Shown here piece by piece: positions 36,295 through 55,399 of a stretch of 64,000 nt of DNA. Below the pieces are notes generated by a model that was not told the DNA's origin, did not search any database, and saw nothing but the letters and a program-made list of their open reading frames with translations. Source of the DNA: an uncultured Aliarcobacter sp. (GTDB lineage: Bacteria > Campylobacterota > Campylobacteria > Campylobacterales > Arcobacteraceae); contig OY781945.1 in assembly GCA_963677435.1 (NCBI GenBank), forward strand, positions 736,001-800,000, given 5' to 3'. Positions within the stretch are counted from its first letter, which is position 1; every line of letters begins with the position of its first letter. The translations under genes and the position numbers were made by a program.

Positions 36295-37770
36295 TTATAT
36301 TAATGGTTCATCCATCTCTTGAGGGATTTCTAAATTCATAAGTTTTAACACAGTTGGAGCTATATTATTTAAACTTCCTGTTTTAACAACTTTGACACTA
36401 TTTGCGATAATAAAACAATAAACATCGCCAACTGTATGATTTGTTAAAGTATTTCCATCTTCATCTCTCATCATTTCACAATTTCCATGATCAGATGTTA
36501 ATATAACATTATAATTCTCTTTTTTTGCAACATCTAAAATTAATCCTAATTCATAATCAACAGCCTCGACAGCTTTAACTGCTGCATCAAAAATACCAGT
36601 GTGTCCAACCATATCACCATTTGCAAAATTTACTACGATAAAGTCTGTTTGTTCTTTCATAGCTATTCTTACAGCACTACCTACTTGTGGAGCTGACATT
36701 TCAGGTTGTAAATCATATGTTGCAACGGCAGGTGATGGAATTAGTACTCTAGTTTCATTTAATAAAGGTTCTTCAACTCCACCATTAAAGAAAAATGTAA
36801 CATGGGCATATTTCTCAGTTTCAGCTGTGTGAAGTTGAGATAATCCAGCATTTGAAATAACTTCAGCTAAAGTATTAGTTGGTGCATCTTTTGGAAATAA
36901 AACATCAATAGGATTGTTTTTATCATACTGTGTCATAGTTGCAAGATTTAAAGAATCTTTGAAAGTAGGGAATTCAATAAAATCTTTATTTACAAATACA
37001 GATGAAATTTCTCTCATTCTATCACTTCTAAAATTGCAAAAGATTATCCCATCATTCTGTTTTAGTCCTTCATAATTATCAAAAGCTGTAGGAGTTATAA
37101 ATTCGTCAAAAATTTGATTTTTATAAGAGTCATCAATATAAGTTAAAATATCAGTTGATGTTGAAGGTTGTGCAAAAGTAATTGCATCATAACCTTTTTT
37201 TACTCTGTCCCATCTATTGTCTCTATCCATTGTGTAATATCTTCCAGAAATAGTTGCAATTTTAATATCTTCATCACAGATGCTAAGAATCTGATTAATA
37301 TAAATTTTCGCACAATCAGGAGCAACATCTCTTCCATCAGTAATTATATGGATAAAAACTTTCTTATTAGAAGATTTTGCAATTTTTGCCATTGCAATTA
37401 TATGATCAATATGAGAATGAACTCCTCCATCACTTAAAAGTCCAAGTAGATGAATATTATTAGATTTATTTAAAATATTTTTAAAAATTGTATTATCTTT
37501 TAAAGTATCATTTTCAATAGCAATATTTATTTTTACTAAATCTTGATATAAGATTCTACCACTTCCAATAGTCATATGTCCTACTTCACTATTTCCCATT
37601 TGTCCATCAGGAAGACCAACAAATTTTCCATAAGTATGAATTAATGAATAAGGAGCATTTTTGAATAAATAATCATATGTTGGAGTTTTGGCACTAGCAA
37701 AAGCATTAAATTTATCTGAAGAGTTGTGTCCTATTCCATCAGTTATTATAAGTAGTGTTTTATTTGTCAT
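36295..37770 (-). CDS. gpmI: 2,3-bisphosphoglycerate-independent phosphoglycerate mutase
   Basis: QMGNSEVGH, SDGGVHSH, ETEKYAHVT, DMVGHTG, SDHGN. Confidence 0.97.
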   Translation of the reverse strand: MTNKTLLIITDGIGHNSSDKFNAFASAKTPTYDYLFKNAPYSLIHTYGKFVGLPDGQMGNSEVGHMTIGSGRILYQDLVKINIAIENDTLKDNTIFKNILNKSNNIHLLGLLSDGGVHSHIDHIIAMAKIAKSSNKKVFIHIITDGRDVAPDCAKIYINQILSICDEDIKIATISGRYYTMDRDNRWDRVKKGYDAITFAQPSTSTDILTYIDDSYKNQIFDEFITPTAFDNYEGLKQNDGIIFCNFRSDRMREISSVFVNKDFIEFPTFKDSLNLATMTQYDKNNPIDVLFPKDAPTNTLAEVISNAGLSQLHTAETEKYAHVTFFFNGGVEEPLLNETRVLIPSPAVATYDLQPEMSAPQVGSAVRIAMKEQTDFIVVNFANGDMVGHTGIFDAAVKAVEAVDYELGLILDVAKKENYNVILTSDHGNCEMMRDEDGNTLTNHTVGDVYCFIIANSVKVVKTGSLNNIAPTVLKLMNLEIPQEMDEPLI

Positions 37771-37838
37771 GATTTAAACCTTTTAAAAAGTATAATATAT
37801 TATAATCGCGCATATTATATCAAAATCAAGGTTTAAGT

Positions 37839-38900
37839 TTGTTTTATTGGTTCTATAGACATCTAGAGATTAATATCTTTCAATATATTTCAGTGCGAGC
37901 TGGAATTAGTTTTTTTATTGCTTTTGTTTTAACAATGTATTTAATGCCAAAATTTATTGCTTGGGCAAAAAGTAAAAAAGCCTCACAACCAATTTATGAA
38001 CATGCACCAGAATCTCATCAAGCAAAAGCAGGAACCCCAACTATGGGAGGAGTAGTTTTTATTTTTTCTACGATTATTGCAACACTTTTAACTGCTAAAT
38101 TAAGTAATTTTTATGTAGTTGGGGGGTTAATGACTTTAGCCCTTTTTTCTTTTATTGGTATTCAAGATGATTATTCAAAAATTTCAAAAGAAAAAAACTC
38201 AGCAGGCTTAAGTGCAAGAGCTAAATTAGTATTACAATTTGTTTGTGCTTTTATTATTGCATTTATCCTTTATATCTATTCTCATACTACAGAATTATAT
38301 ACACCGTTTTATAAACTTCCTCTTTTTGATATGGGAATCTTTGCATTAGTATTATGGATGATGGTTATTGTTGCTTCTTCAAATGCAGTGAATTTAACTG
38401 ATGGTTTAGATGGATTAGCTACAGTTCCTTCAATTATGGCATTTGTTTCTCTTTCAGTGTTAGTTTATATTACTGGTCATGCTATTTTCTCATCATATTT
38501 ATTATTACCTAATATTCAAATCGCTGGCGAATTAGCAGTGATGGGTAGTGGAATTTGTGGAGCTTTAATTGCCTTTTTATGGTTTAATTCTCATCCTGCT
38601 GAAGTATTTATGGGAGATTCTGGTTCTTTGCCTTTAGGTGCATTTATGGGTTATATGGCAATAGTAGCAAAATCTGAATTACTTTTATTAGCAATTGGAT
38701 TTATATTCGTATTAGAAACTGTATCTGTTATTTTACAAGTTGGTTCTTATAAATTACGACAAAAAAGAGTTTTTTTAATGGCACCAATTCATCATCACTT
38801 TGAAAAAAAAGGTTGGAAAGAAAATAAAATAATTGTGCGATTTTGGATTATCGCATTTATGACAAATTTACTTGCACTATTAAGTTTAAAAATTAGATAA
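37839..38900 (+). CDS. mraY: Phospho-N-acetylmuramoyl-pentapeptide transferase
   Basis: [36 protein letters not shown]. Confidence 0.97.
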   Translation: MFYWFYRHLEINIFQYISVRAGISFFIAFVLTMYLMPKFIAWAKSKKASQPIYEHAPESHQAKAGTPTMGGVVFIFSTIIATLLTAKLSNFYVVGGLMTLALFSFIGIQDDYSKISKEKNSAGLSARAKLVLQFVCAFIIAFILYIYSHTTELYTPFYKLPLFDMGIFALVLWMMVIVASSNAVNLTDGLDGLATVPSIMAFVSLSVLVYITGHAIFSSYLLLPNIQIAGELAVMGSGICGALIAFLWFNSHPAEVFMGDSGSLPLGAFMGYMAIVAKSELLLLAIGFIFVLETVSVILQVGSYKLRQKRVFLMAPIHHHFEKKGWKENKIIVRFWIIAFMTNLLALLSLKIR

Positions 38901-38910
38901 AGAATAAATA

Positions 38911-40083
38911 ATGATTACAAATAATGAAAAAATTAGAATATTAGGAAAAGGTATTACAGCACTTGCTTTAAAAGATAAGTTTCCTAATGCGATATTGTAT
39001 GATGATAATGATTTTAATGAATATGATGTTAACTCTAATGAGTATACAGTTGTAAGTCCTGGAATTCCACCATATAATAAAATGATATTAAATTCAAAAA
39101 ATTTAATTAGTGATTATGATTTATTTGGGCCAATTATGCCTTTTTCTATTTGGATTTCAGGAACAAATGGAAAAACAACAACTACACAAATGTGTCAACA
39201 TTTATTAAGAGAGTATAAATCAATTTATGGTGGAAATATTGGAGTGCCACTTAGTCATTTAGATGAAAAAGCACCTATATGGATATTAGAGACTTCATCT
39301 TTTACTTTACACTATACAAATAAAAGTAAACCAAATATTTATATCTTACTTCCTATTTCAGAAGATCATATTACATGGCATGGAACATTTGACGAATATA
39401 AAAATGCAAAATTAAAACCTTTATCTTTAATGAATGAAAATGATATAGCAATAATTCCAAGCGAATTTAAAAATTTTAAAACAAATGCTCATCTAATTAC
39501 ATATGAGAACAGTGATGATTTGTGTAAGCATTTTAATATTGACAAAACAAAAATTAAATTTAATGAACCCTTTTTATTAGATGCAATTTTAGCAATGGCT
39601 ACAAGAAAAATCTTATTTGATGAAATAAACTATGAGCTAATAAATGAATTTATAATTGATAAACATAAAGTTGAAGAGTTTAAAGATAGTAAAAATAGAC
39701 TATGGATTGATGATAGTAAAGCTACAAATGTTGATGCAACAATAAATGCAATAGTTCCATATAAAGATAAAAATATACATATAATATTAGGTGGAGATGA
39801 TAAGGGTGCTAATTTAATACCACTTTTTGAGAATATAAAAGGTTTAGATATTAATGTTTATGCAATAGGTAGTAATACTCAGAAGATCGTAAAATATTGC
39901 AAAGAATATAAAATAAATGCTCAAAGTTGCACTTATCTAGATGTAGCTGTTAAAGAAATTGATTTATTATTAAAAGAAAATTCAATCGGAATGTTATCTC
40001 CAGCTGCAGCTTCATTGGATCAATTTAAGTCTTATGCTCATAGGGGGAATGAATTTAAAAATTTAGTATATTCTTTAAGTTAA
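38911..40083 (+). CDS. murD: UDP-MurNAc-L-Ala:D-Glu ligase
   Basis: SPGI, GTNGKTT, GGNIG, ETSSF, DDSKATN, SPAAASLDQF. Confidence 0.95.
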   Translation: MITNNEKIRILGKGITALALKDKFPNAILYDDNDFNEYDVNSNEYTVVSPGIPPYNKMILNSKNLISDYDLFGPIMPFSIWISGTNGKTTTTQMCQHLLREYKSIYGGNIGVPLSHLDEKAPIWILETSSFTLHYTNKSKPNIYILLPISEDHITWHGTFDEYKNAKLKPLSLMNENDIAIIPSEFKNFKTNAHLITYENSDDLCKHFNIDKTKIKFNEPFLLDAILAMATRKILFDEINYELINEFIIDKHKVEEFKDSKNRLWIDDSKATNVDATINAIVPYKDKNIHIILGGDDKGANLIPLFENIKGLDINVYAIGSNTQKIVKYCKEYKINAQSCTYLDVAVKEIDLLLKENSIGMLSPAAASLDQFKSYAHRGNEFKNLVYSLS

Positions 40084-40125
40084 TATTAATAATTTAATTT
40101 GTATAATCTCACTCCAATTTGCATT

Positions 40126-40201
40126 GGTTCGATAGCTCAGTCGGTAGAGCAAAGGATTGAAAATCCTTGTGTCGACAGTTCGATTCTGTCTCGAACCACC
40201 A
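40126..40201 (+). tRNA. tRNA-Phe(GAA)
   Basis: Cloverleaf, anticodon loop TTGAAAA, CCA end. Confidence 0.96.
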
Positions 40202-40210
40202 TTTGTGGAT

Positions 40211-40287
40211 GCTGGTGTAGCTCAGTTGGCTAGAGCAGCTGATTTGTAATCAGCAGGTCGGGGGTTCGACTCCCTTCACCAGCTCCA
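40211..40287 (+). tRNA. tRNA-Thr(TGT)
   Basis: Cloverleaf, anticodon loop TTTGTAA, CCA end. Confidence 0.96.
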
Positions 40288-40347
40288 TTTCGTCGTGCGT
40301 CTTCTTTTAAAGAACAGCGCTTGACCAGAACAATAATATTTTTCAAC

Positions 40348-40432
40348 GGTGAGGTTGGAGAGTGGTCAAATCCTGCGGACTGTAAATCCGCCGCCTACGG
40401 CTTCGAAGGTTCGAATCCTTCTCTCACCACCA
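40348..40432 (+). tRNA. tRNA-Tyr(GTA)
   Basis: 85 nt with long variable arm, anticodon loop CTGTAAA. Confidence 0.96.
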
Positions 40433-40442
40433 CGCAAATGTT

Positions 40443-40519
40443 GCGGGAGTAGCTCAGTTGGCTAGAGCTTCTGCCTTCCAAGCAGACTGTCGCGAGTTCG
40501 AGTCTCGTCTCCCGCTCCA
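40443..40519 (+). tRNA. tRNA-Gly(TCC)
   Basis: GCGGGAG...CTCCCGCTCCA, anticodon loop CTTCCAA. Confidence 0.96.
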
Positions 40520-40742
40520 TTTATTTTTATTGATTACTGGGAGCTGAGTTATAAGCACAATATTTTTTTTATAACTCTTATATATATTATATCTTCCATT
40601 AAAGTTTTTTTCAGTATTTTTTAAATATAATACGCACACAATTTTATTGTGTAATTTAAATAATTAAATCCCCTCTGAATAGAGAAGCCAAATGGGCTTA
40701 TCTACTCAGAGGGCAATAACCAAAATTTAGAAGGGGAATTCT

Positions 40743-41951
40743 ATGGCAAAAGAAAAGTTTTCAAGAAACAAACCGCACGTTAATATCGGTACAATCGGTC
40801 ACGTTGACCACGGTAAAACTACATTAACAGCAGCAATTTCTGCAGTATTATCTGTAAGAGATGGTGGAGCAATGATGGATTACGATCAAATCGATAATGC
40901 ACCAGAAGAAAGAGAAAGAGGAATTACTATTGCTACTTCTCATATTGAGTATGAAACAAAATCTAGACATTACGCTCACGTTGATTGTCCAGGCCATGCC
41001 GATTACGTTAAAAATATGATTACTGGTGCTGCTCAAATGGATGGTGCTATTATTGTTATTGCAGCAACAGATGGTCCTATGGCTCAAACTAGAGAGCACA
41101 TCTTATTATCTAAACAAGTAGGTGTACCATACATCGTTGTTTTCTTAAATAAAGAAGATCAATTAGATGATGAAGACAGAGAAGAAATGTTAGAACTTGT
41201 TGAAATGGAAGTTAGAGAATTATTATCTACTTACGATTTCCCAGGTGATGATACTCCTATCGTTGCTGGTTCAGCATTTAAAGCATTAGAAGAAGCAAAA
41301 GCTGGTTCTATTGGTTTCTGGGGAGAAAAAATTATTGCATTAATGGATGCAGTTGATGCTTATATCCCAACTCCTGAAAGAGATGTTGATCAAGATTTCT
41401 TAATGCCAGTTGAAGATGTATTCTCTATCTCTGGAAGAGGAACTGTTGTTACTGGAAGAATTGAAAAAGGTACAATTAAAATTGGTGAAACTATTGAAAT
41501 CGTTGGATTCTCTGATACTAAAACAACTACTGTAACTGGTGTTGAAATGTTCAGAAAAGAAATGGAACAAGGTCAAGCTGGAGATAATTGTGGTATTCTT
41601 TTAAGAGGTATTAAAAAAGAAGATGTAGAAAGAGGACAAGTTTTATGTAAACCTAAAACTATTACTCCACATACTAAATTTAGATGTGAAGTTTATATTC
41701 TTTCTAAAGATGAAGGTGGTAGACATACTCCATTCTTCTCAGGATACAGACCACAATTTTACGTAAGAACAACAGACGTAACAGGTTCTTGTACTTTACC
41801 AGAAGGTACAGAAATGGTTATGCCAGGTGATAACGTAGAAATGACAGTTGAATTAGTTGCTCCAATCGCTCTAGACAAAGGTACAAAGTTTGCTATTAGA
41901 GAAGGTGGTAGAACTGTAGGTGCTGGAGTTGTTGCTGAAATCATTGAATAA
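40743..41951 (+). CDS. tuf: Elongation factor Tu
   Basis: [33 protein letters not shown]. Confidence 0.99.
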   Translation: MAKEKFSRNKPHVNIGTIGHVDHGKTTLTAAISAVLSVRDGGAMMDYDQIDNAPEERERGITIATSHIEYETKSRHYAHVDCPGHADYVKNMITGAAQMDGAIIVIAATDGPMAQTREHILLSKQVGVPYIVVFLNKEDQLDDEDREEMLELVEMEVRELLSTYDFPGDDTPIVAGSAFKALEEAKAGSIGFWGEKIIALMDAVDAYIPTPERDVDQDFLMPVEDVFSISGRGTVVTGRIEKGTIKIGETIEIVGFSDTKTTTVTGVEMFRKEMEQGQAGDNCGILLRGIKKEDVERGQVLCKPKTITPHTKFRCEVYILSKDEGGRHTPFFSGYRPQFYVRTTDVTGSCTLPEGTEMVMPGDNVEMTVELVAPIALDKGTKFAIREGGRTVGAGVVAEIIE

Positions 41952-41960
41952 GGATTTATA

Positions 41961-42128
41961 ATGGCAAACATTAGAATTAAAATCGGATTAAAATGTCAAG
42001 AGAATGGTGATATTAACTATACTACTTGGAAGAATCCAAAAACTCATACTGAAAAGTTTGAAGTTAAAAAATATAGCCCAAGATTAAAGAAACACACTTT
42101 ACACAAAGAAGTGAAACTTAAATCGTAA
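41961..42128 (+). CDS. rpmG: 50S ribosomal protein L33
   Basis: Not in the track; translated by hand: [55 protein letters not shown]. Confidence 0.96.
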   Translation: MANIRIKIGLKCQENGDINYTTWKNPKTHTEKFEVKKYSPRLKKHTLHKEVKLKS

Positions 42129-42174
42129 TTTTATGAGCTTATGGTTGAAAAATCATAAGCTCATTTCAACAAAT

Positions 42175-42250
42175 AGGTCAGTAGCTCCAATGGTAGAGCG
42201 CCGGATTCCAAATCCGATGGTTGTGGGTTCGAGTCCCTCCTGGCCTGCCA
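42175..42250 (+). tRNA. tRNA-Trp(CCA)
   Basis: AGGTCAG...CTGGCCTGCCA, anticodon loop TTCCAAA; usual position between rpmG and secE. Confidence 0.95.
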
Positions 42251-42331
42251 CTTTAAATTTTTTTAAAAGAAGTAGATCTCTTTTTTTGAAAGAATTTATT
42301 AAATATAATAGCAATCAAAAATGGAGTAAGT

Positions 42332-42514
42332 GTGAATAGAGTTAAAAATTACTATCAAAATGCAAAATCAGAATTACTAAAAGTTATTTTCCCTATTAAA
42401 GAGCAAATTAGATCTGCATATTTATCTGTTTTTATCGTTGTTACTGTAATAACTTTATTTTTAGCTTTAATTGATGGAATAATGTCATTAAGCTTATCTT
42501 CAATTATTAACTAA
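42332..42514 (+). CDS. secE: Preprotein translocase subunit SecE
   Basis: ELLKVIFP plus one TM; lies before nusG. Confidence 0.93.
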   Translation: MNRVKNYYQNAKSELLKVIFPIKEQIRSAYLSVFIVVTVITLFLALIDGIMSLSLSSIIN

Positions 42515-42524
42515 GGAAGTAATT

Positions 42525-43052
42525 ATGGCACATAAATGGTATGCAATTCAAACTTATTCAGGTAGTGAATTATCAGTTAAAAAAGCTTTACTACAATTAT
42601 CAGAAGAAATGGCTGACGATAGAATATCAGATGTATTAGTTCCTACTGAAGATTTAATTGAAATAAAAAAAGGTAAGAAGTCTATCGTTGAAAGACCATT
42701 ATACCCAGCATATGCTTTTGCTAGAATAGATTTAGATACTGGGTTATGGCATAGAATTCAATCAATGCCAAAAGTTGGAAGATTCATTGGTGAATCAAAA
42801 AAACCAACTGCTTTATCTGACAAAGATATCAATTTGATTTTAGAAAAAGTTAAAAATAGAGCAGCAGCGAAACCAAAAGTTTCATTTGAAGAAGGTGAAA
42901 TGGTTAGAATTAATGAAGGTCCATTCTCTAACTTTAATGGTTTAGTTGAAGATTTTGATATGGTTTCTGGATTATTAAAATTAAATGTTTCTATTTTTGG
43001 AAGAAATACACCAGTCGAAATTTCATACACTCAAGTAGAAAGAGTAGTTTGA
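42525..43052 (+). CDS. nusG: Transcription termination/antitermination factor NusG
   Basis: WYAIQTYSGSE, GPFSNF, VSIFGRNTPVE. Confidence 0.97.
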   Translation: MAHKWYAIQTYSGSELSVKKALLQLSEEMADDRISDVLVPTEDLIEIKKGKKSIVERPLYPAYAFARIDLDTGLWHRIQSMPKVGRFIGESKKPTALSDKDINLILEKVKNRAAAKPKVSFEEGEMVRINEGPFSNFNGLVEDFDMVSGLLKLNVSIFGRNTPVEISYTQVERVV

Positions 43053-43151
43053 TTTAAAAAAAATAATTGTAGGCATTAGGCAAAAAAACTAGCTTCTTAA
43101 ATAGTTTTCTTGCCTAATGTCTAATCATTAAAAAATTGATAAAGGAATAGC

Positions 43152-43577
43152 ATGGCTAAAAAAATTCAAGGTCTAATTAAGTTACAGATACCTGCAGGTG
43201 CTGCAAACCCATCACCACCAGTTGGACCAGCACTAGGTCAAAGAGGTGTTAATATAATGGAGTTTTGTAAAGCTTTCAATGAAAAAACTAAAGATAAAGC
43301 TGGTTTTAGATTACCAGTTGTTATTACAGTTTATACGGATAAAAGTTTTACATTTGAAGTAAAACAACCACCAATGACAGATTTAATCAAAAAAGTTGCT
43401 GGAATTAAATCAGGTTCAAGTAATCCATTAAAACAAAAAATTGGTAAATTATCTAGAGATCAAATTATGGAAATCGTTGATATGAAAATCAAAGATTTAA
43501 ATACAGATGATAAAGAAGCGGCTGCAAGAATTGTTGCTGGTTCAGCTAGATCAATAGGTATCGAAACAGAATTATAA
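43152..43577 (+). CDS. rplK: 50S ribosomal protein L11
   Basis: [26 protein letters not shown]. Confidence 0.98.
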   Translation: MAKKIQGLIKLQIPAGAANPSPPVGPALGQRGVNIMEFCKAFNEKTKDKAGFRLPVVITVYTDKSFTFEVKQPPMTDLIKKVAGIKSGSSNPLKQKIGKLSRDQIMEIVDMKIKDLNTDDKEAAARIVAGSARSIGIETEL

Positions 43578-43654
43578 TATTCTGTTTTGATTTAAGTCTT
43601 ACCACCAGACTCAATAATGGCGGTAGCAAAATAATATAAATTGCGGAGATAATT

Positions 43655-44353
43655 ATGGCAAAAATTTCAAAAAGATATAAAGCACTAACAGAAAAAATTG
43701 AAGATAGAAAATATTCTTTAACTGATGCTTGTACAAGTGTAAGAGAGTTAAAATCAGCTAAATTTGATGAAAGTGTTGAAATTGCACTTAAATTAAATGT
43801 AGATCCAAGACATGCTGACCAAATGATTAGAGGTGCTGTTGTACTTCCAAATGGAACTGGTAAAACTGTAAGAGTTGCAGTATTTGCTAAAGGTTTAAAA
43901 ATGGATGAGGCAAAAGCAGCAGGTGCTGATGTTGTTGGTAATGATGATTTAGCAGAAGCTATCCAAGCTGGAAACATTAATTTTGATGTTTTAATTGCAA
44001 CTCCTGATTGTATGGGAATTGTAGGAAAAGTTGGTAGAATTTTAGGGCCAAAAGGTTTAATGCCTAATCCTAAAACAGGTACTGTAACTATGGATGTTAC
44101 AAAAGCTGTTAATGATGCAAAAGGTGGTCAAGTTACATATAGAGTTGATAAAAAAGGTAACATGCAAGCAGGAATTGGAAAAGTTTCATTCTCTGCTGAA
44201 GCTCTTAGAGAAAATGCTGCAGCATTTATTGCAGCAATCAATAAAGCTAAACCTTCAACTGCAAAAGGTAGATATATCTCTAATGCAGCTATATCGTTAA
44301 CTATGAGTCCATCAATTATCATTGATAATATGGAAATAATGGAAATTAGATAA
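43655..44353 (+). CDS. rplA: 50S ribosomal protein L1
   Basis: [25 protein letters not shown]. Confidence 0.98.
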   Translation: MAKISKRYKALTEKIEDRKYSLTDACTSVRELKSAKFDESVEIALKLNVDPRHADQMIRGAVVLPNGTGKTVRVAVFAKGLKMDEAKAAGADVVGNDDLAEAIQAGNINFDVLIATPDCMGIVGKVGRILGPKGLMPNPKTGTVTMDVTKAVNDAKGGQVTYRVDKKGNMQAGIGKVSFSAEALRENAAAFIAAINKAKPSTAKGRYISNAAISLTMSPSIIIDNMEIMEIR

Positions 44354-44435
44354 GGTTTTCCTTATCTAATTTTTTTTTAGCATTCAATAATGAAGAAATA
44401 TCTCTTTATTATTGAGTGTTATTCAAAGCACTGAA

Positions 44436-44505
44436 ATAAAACTGAAGACAGCTGGTAAGAGACACCTCCGTTTCTTGTAAGTCCCGCCTAAGTCGATGTT
44501 TTGAA
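44436..44505 (+). ncRNA. Probable L10 leader (ribosomal protein autoregulatory RNA)
   Basis: GC-richer island just upstream of rplJ containing GAAGACAGC...GGT, closed by AAAAC/GTTTT. Confidence 0.6.
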
Positions 44506-44518
44506 GGGAGGAGAAAAA

Positions 44519-45007
44519 ATGACTAAACAACAAAAATCAGAAATTATTGATTCGTTAACAGGTGAGTTTAAAAACTCTTTAGCTATTGTTGTATGTGACT
44601 ATAAAGGTCTTACTCATAAAGAGTTAGAAACTTTAAGAAAAGAAGCAAGAGTAAACAATACTAAAGTTCAAGTTGCTAAAAATACATTAGTTACAGTTGC
44701 TGTAAAAAATGCAGAATTAGGTGATGTTGAATTAACTGGTACTAATATTTTCTTATGGTCTGAAGATCAAATTTCAGCTTGTAAAGTTGCAGATAAGTTT
44801 GCAACTGCTAATAAAGAAAAATTTGTTATTAAATCAGGTATTATCGAAGGTAAAGTTGCAGACTTTGCTACAGTTAATGCATTTGCTAAATTACCATCAA
44901 GAGAACAACTTCTTGGTATGCTTGCAGCTACTTGGATGGCACCTGTTGCTAACTTTACAGTTGGGCTTGATGCACTTAGAAGAAAAAAAGAAGAAGAGGC
45001 AGCTTAA
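44519..45007 (+). CDS. rplJ: 50S ribosomal protein L10
   Basis: DYKGLT, VAKNTL, LPSREQLL; likely start ATG at 44519 after GGAGGAG. Confidence 0.96.
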   Translation: MTKQQKSEIIDSLTGEFKNSLAIVVCDYKGLTHKELETLRKEARVNNTKVQVAKNTLVTVAVKNAELGDVELTGTNIFLWSEDQISACKVADKFATANKEKFVIKSGIIEGKVADFATVNAFAKLPSREQLLGMLAATWMAPVANFTVGLDALRRKKEEEAA

Positions 45008-45052
45008 TTATTTAAGCTATTAAATTAAAAATAAAAAATATAAGGAAAAGAA

Positions 45053-45424
45053 ATGGCAATTTCTAAAGAAGACGTATTAGAATACATCTCTGGTTTATCA
45101 GTATTAGAGTTATCTGAATTAGTAAAACAATTCGAAGAAAAATTTGGAGTATCTGCTCAACCTGTTGCGGTTGCTGGTGGTGCTGTAGCAGCTGTTGAAG
45201 CTGTTGAAGAAAAAACTGAATTTGATGTTGTTATCTTAGATGCTGGTGATAAAAAAATTAATGTTATTAAAGAAATTAGAGCATTAACTGGTTTAGGATT
45301 AAAAGAAGCTAAAACTGCTGCTGAAGAAACTCCTTCAACAATTAAAGAAGGTATTTCTAAAGAAGATGCTGAAGCTGCAAAAGCTGCATTAGAAGCTGCT
45401 GGTGCAAAAGTAGAAATTAAATAA
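45053..45424 (+). CDS. rplL: 50S ribosomal protein L7/L12
   Basis: [24 protein letters not shown]. Confidence 0.98.
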   Translation: MAISKEDVLEYISGLSVLELSELVKQFEEKFGVSAQPVAVAGGAVAAVEAVEEKTEFDVVILDAGDKKINVIKEIRALTGLGLKEAKTAAEETPSTIKEGISKEDAEAAKAALEAAGAKVEIK

Positions 45425-45571
45425 TTATTCGTAATTATGATTGATATGCAGGACTTTGTCCTGCATAAAGATTAGCATCTTTGAAGGTTAAGGTTAAAAT
45501 TTTTTGAAATTTTAACCCTATCCTTTATGGATGCTTTTGTGCTTTATACTAATATAAAAAGCAAAACTTAA

Positions 45572-54257
<8,686 letters not shown>

Positions 54258-54261
54258 TCTT

Positions 54262-54289
54262 AATCAATAGGGTTTCCCCTATTGATTTT
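54262..54289 (+). terminator. Intrinsic terminator after rpoC
   Basis: AATCAATAGGG-TTT-CCCTATTGATT followed by TTC. Confidence 0.75.
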
Positions 54290-54295
54290 CTTACA

Positions 54296-54682
54296 ATGGA
54301 TTTCATCTCATTACTTTTAATCTTTATTGCCTTAGAGCTTTTTGAGTCAACTTGGCAAAAATCAAATTCTTTATTTGGCTTTTTAAATAACAATTTCAAT
54401 TTTTTTAAAAAAAATATTTTTTTATATTTTCTACTTCATCTAACATTTTTTTATACAATTTTTTTATCTTTTTACTATAATAATTTTGGTTTTTGGATGA
54501 GTTCAATTTTTATAGTTAAATTTACTGATATTAGTTTTAAATTATTTATCATGAAAAAACTCTCTAATGGAGATTTAATTGAAGAAATTATTCCTATGAA
54601 TATTCCAATGACACCTTCCTTAAGATACTTTAATGTTGTAATATATCCATTAACATTTTTATTTGCAATCAAATTGATATAG
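54296..54682 (+). CDS. Hypothetical membrane protein
   Basis: 128 aa, about four hydrophobic segments. Confidence 0.7.
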   Translation: MDFISLLLIFIALELFESTWQKSNSLFGFLNNNFNFFKKNIFLYFLLHLTFFYTIFLSFYYNNFGFWMSSIFIVKFTDISFKLFIMKKLSNGDLIEEIIPMNIPMTPSLRYFNVVIYPLTFLFAIKLI

Positions 54683-54742
54683 TTTAATTTTATCATTTTA
54701 ATATTATGCTAAAATGATAAAATCAAATTAAAAAGGAAACAA

Positions 54743-55030
54743 ATGCAATATTTAGTAATAGCTTACGACAACGAAAATGCTTTAGAAAGAAGATTAGAGT
54801 CAAGACAAGCTCATATTGATGGTGCAAGAAAATTAATGGCTGAAGGTAAAATAATTAATGCTGGTGCATTAATTGAAGACGATGTAATGGTTGGATCTAC
54901 ACTGCTAATTGATTTTGAAACAGATGAAGAATTAGATGAATGGTTAGAAAATGAGCCATATGTTAAAAATAATGTTTGGAATATGGATGAATTCCAGATA
55001 GTTCCTATGAAATTACTTCCTAAAGCATAA
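54743..55030 (+). CDS. YciI-family protein
   Basis: RLESRQAH, GAL, GSTLL, EPYVKNNVW. Confidence 0.85.
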   Translation: MQYLVIAYDNENALERRLESRQAHIDGARKLMAEGKIINAGALIEDDVMVGSTLLIDFETDEELDEWLENEPYVKNNVWNMDEFQIVPMKLLPKA

Positions 55031-55042
55031 TAAATAAACACA

Positions 55043-55078
55043 TAAAACCCCATATATTGGTTTATATATGGGGTTTTA
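55043..55078. terminator. 15-bp stem hairpin after the yciI-like gene
   Basis: TAAAACCCCATATAT...ATATATGGGGTTTTA. Confidence 0.75.
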
Positions 55079-55120
55079 AACTGCAAAACAATTACAATTA
55101 ATTCTAAACAATTTATTTTT

Positions 55121-55180
55121 TACAGTATTTATACGGTACTATCTACGGTATTAGAAAAATATTTTAAAGTTAGTACCGTA
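55121..55180. repeat. TACRGTA repeats (three direct, one inverted) before the integrase; candidate arm-type sites
   Basis: TACAGTA 55121, TACGGTA 55132 and 55144, inverted TACCGTA 55174. Confidence 0.65.
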
Positions 55181-55183
55181 AAA

Positions 55184-55399
55184 ATGCCAAGAACTGTTAA
55201 ACCTCTAACTGATACAGAAATTAAAAACAGTAAATTAAAAGATAAAGATTATAAACTAAGTGATGGTCAAGGTCTATATTTTGTAATTAAAAAAAATAAT
55301 AGCAAGATATGGAGATATGATTTTGTTTATTGTGGTAAAAGAAAATCAATGTCGTTTGATATCTATCCTACTATCTCATAAAAAGAAGCAAGAATAAAA
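55184..55399 (+). pseudogene. Truncated P4-type tyrosine integrase (arm DNA-binding domain only)
   Basis: PLTDTEIK, YKLSDGQGLY, KIWRYDF, YPTIS-stop-KEAR (TAA where L of SLKEAR is expected); cut by an IS at 55400. Confidence 0.85.

Noticed and set aside
42133..42339. 68-aa ORF, and the 61-aa ORF at 40454..40639
   Set aside because: They overlap tRNA-Trp and tRNA-Gly.
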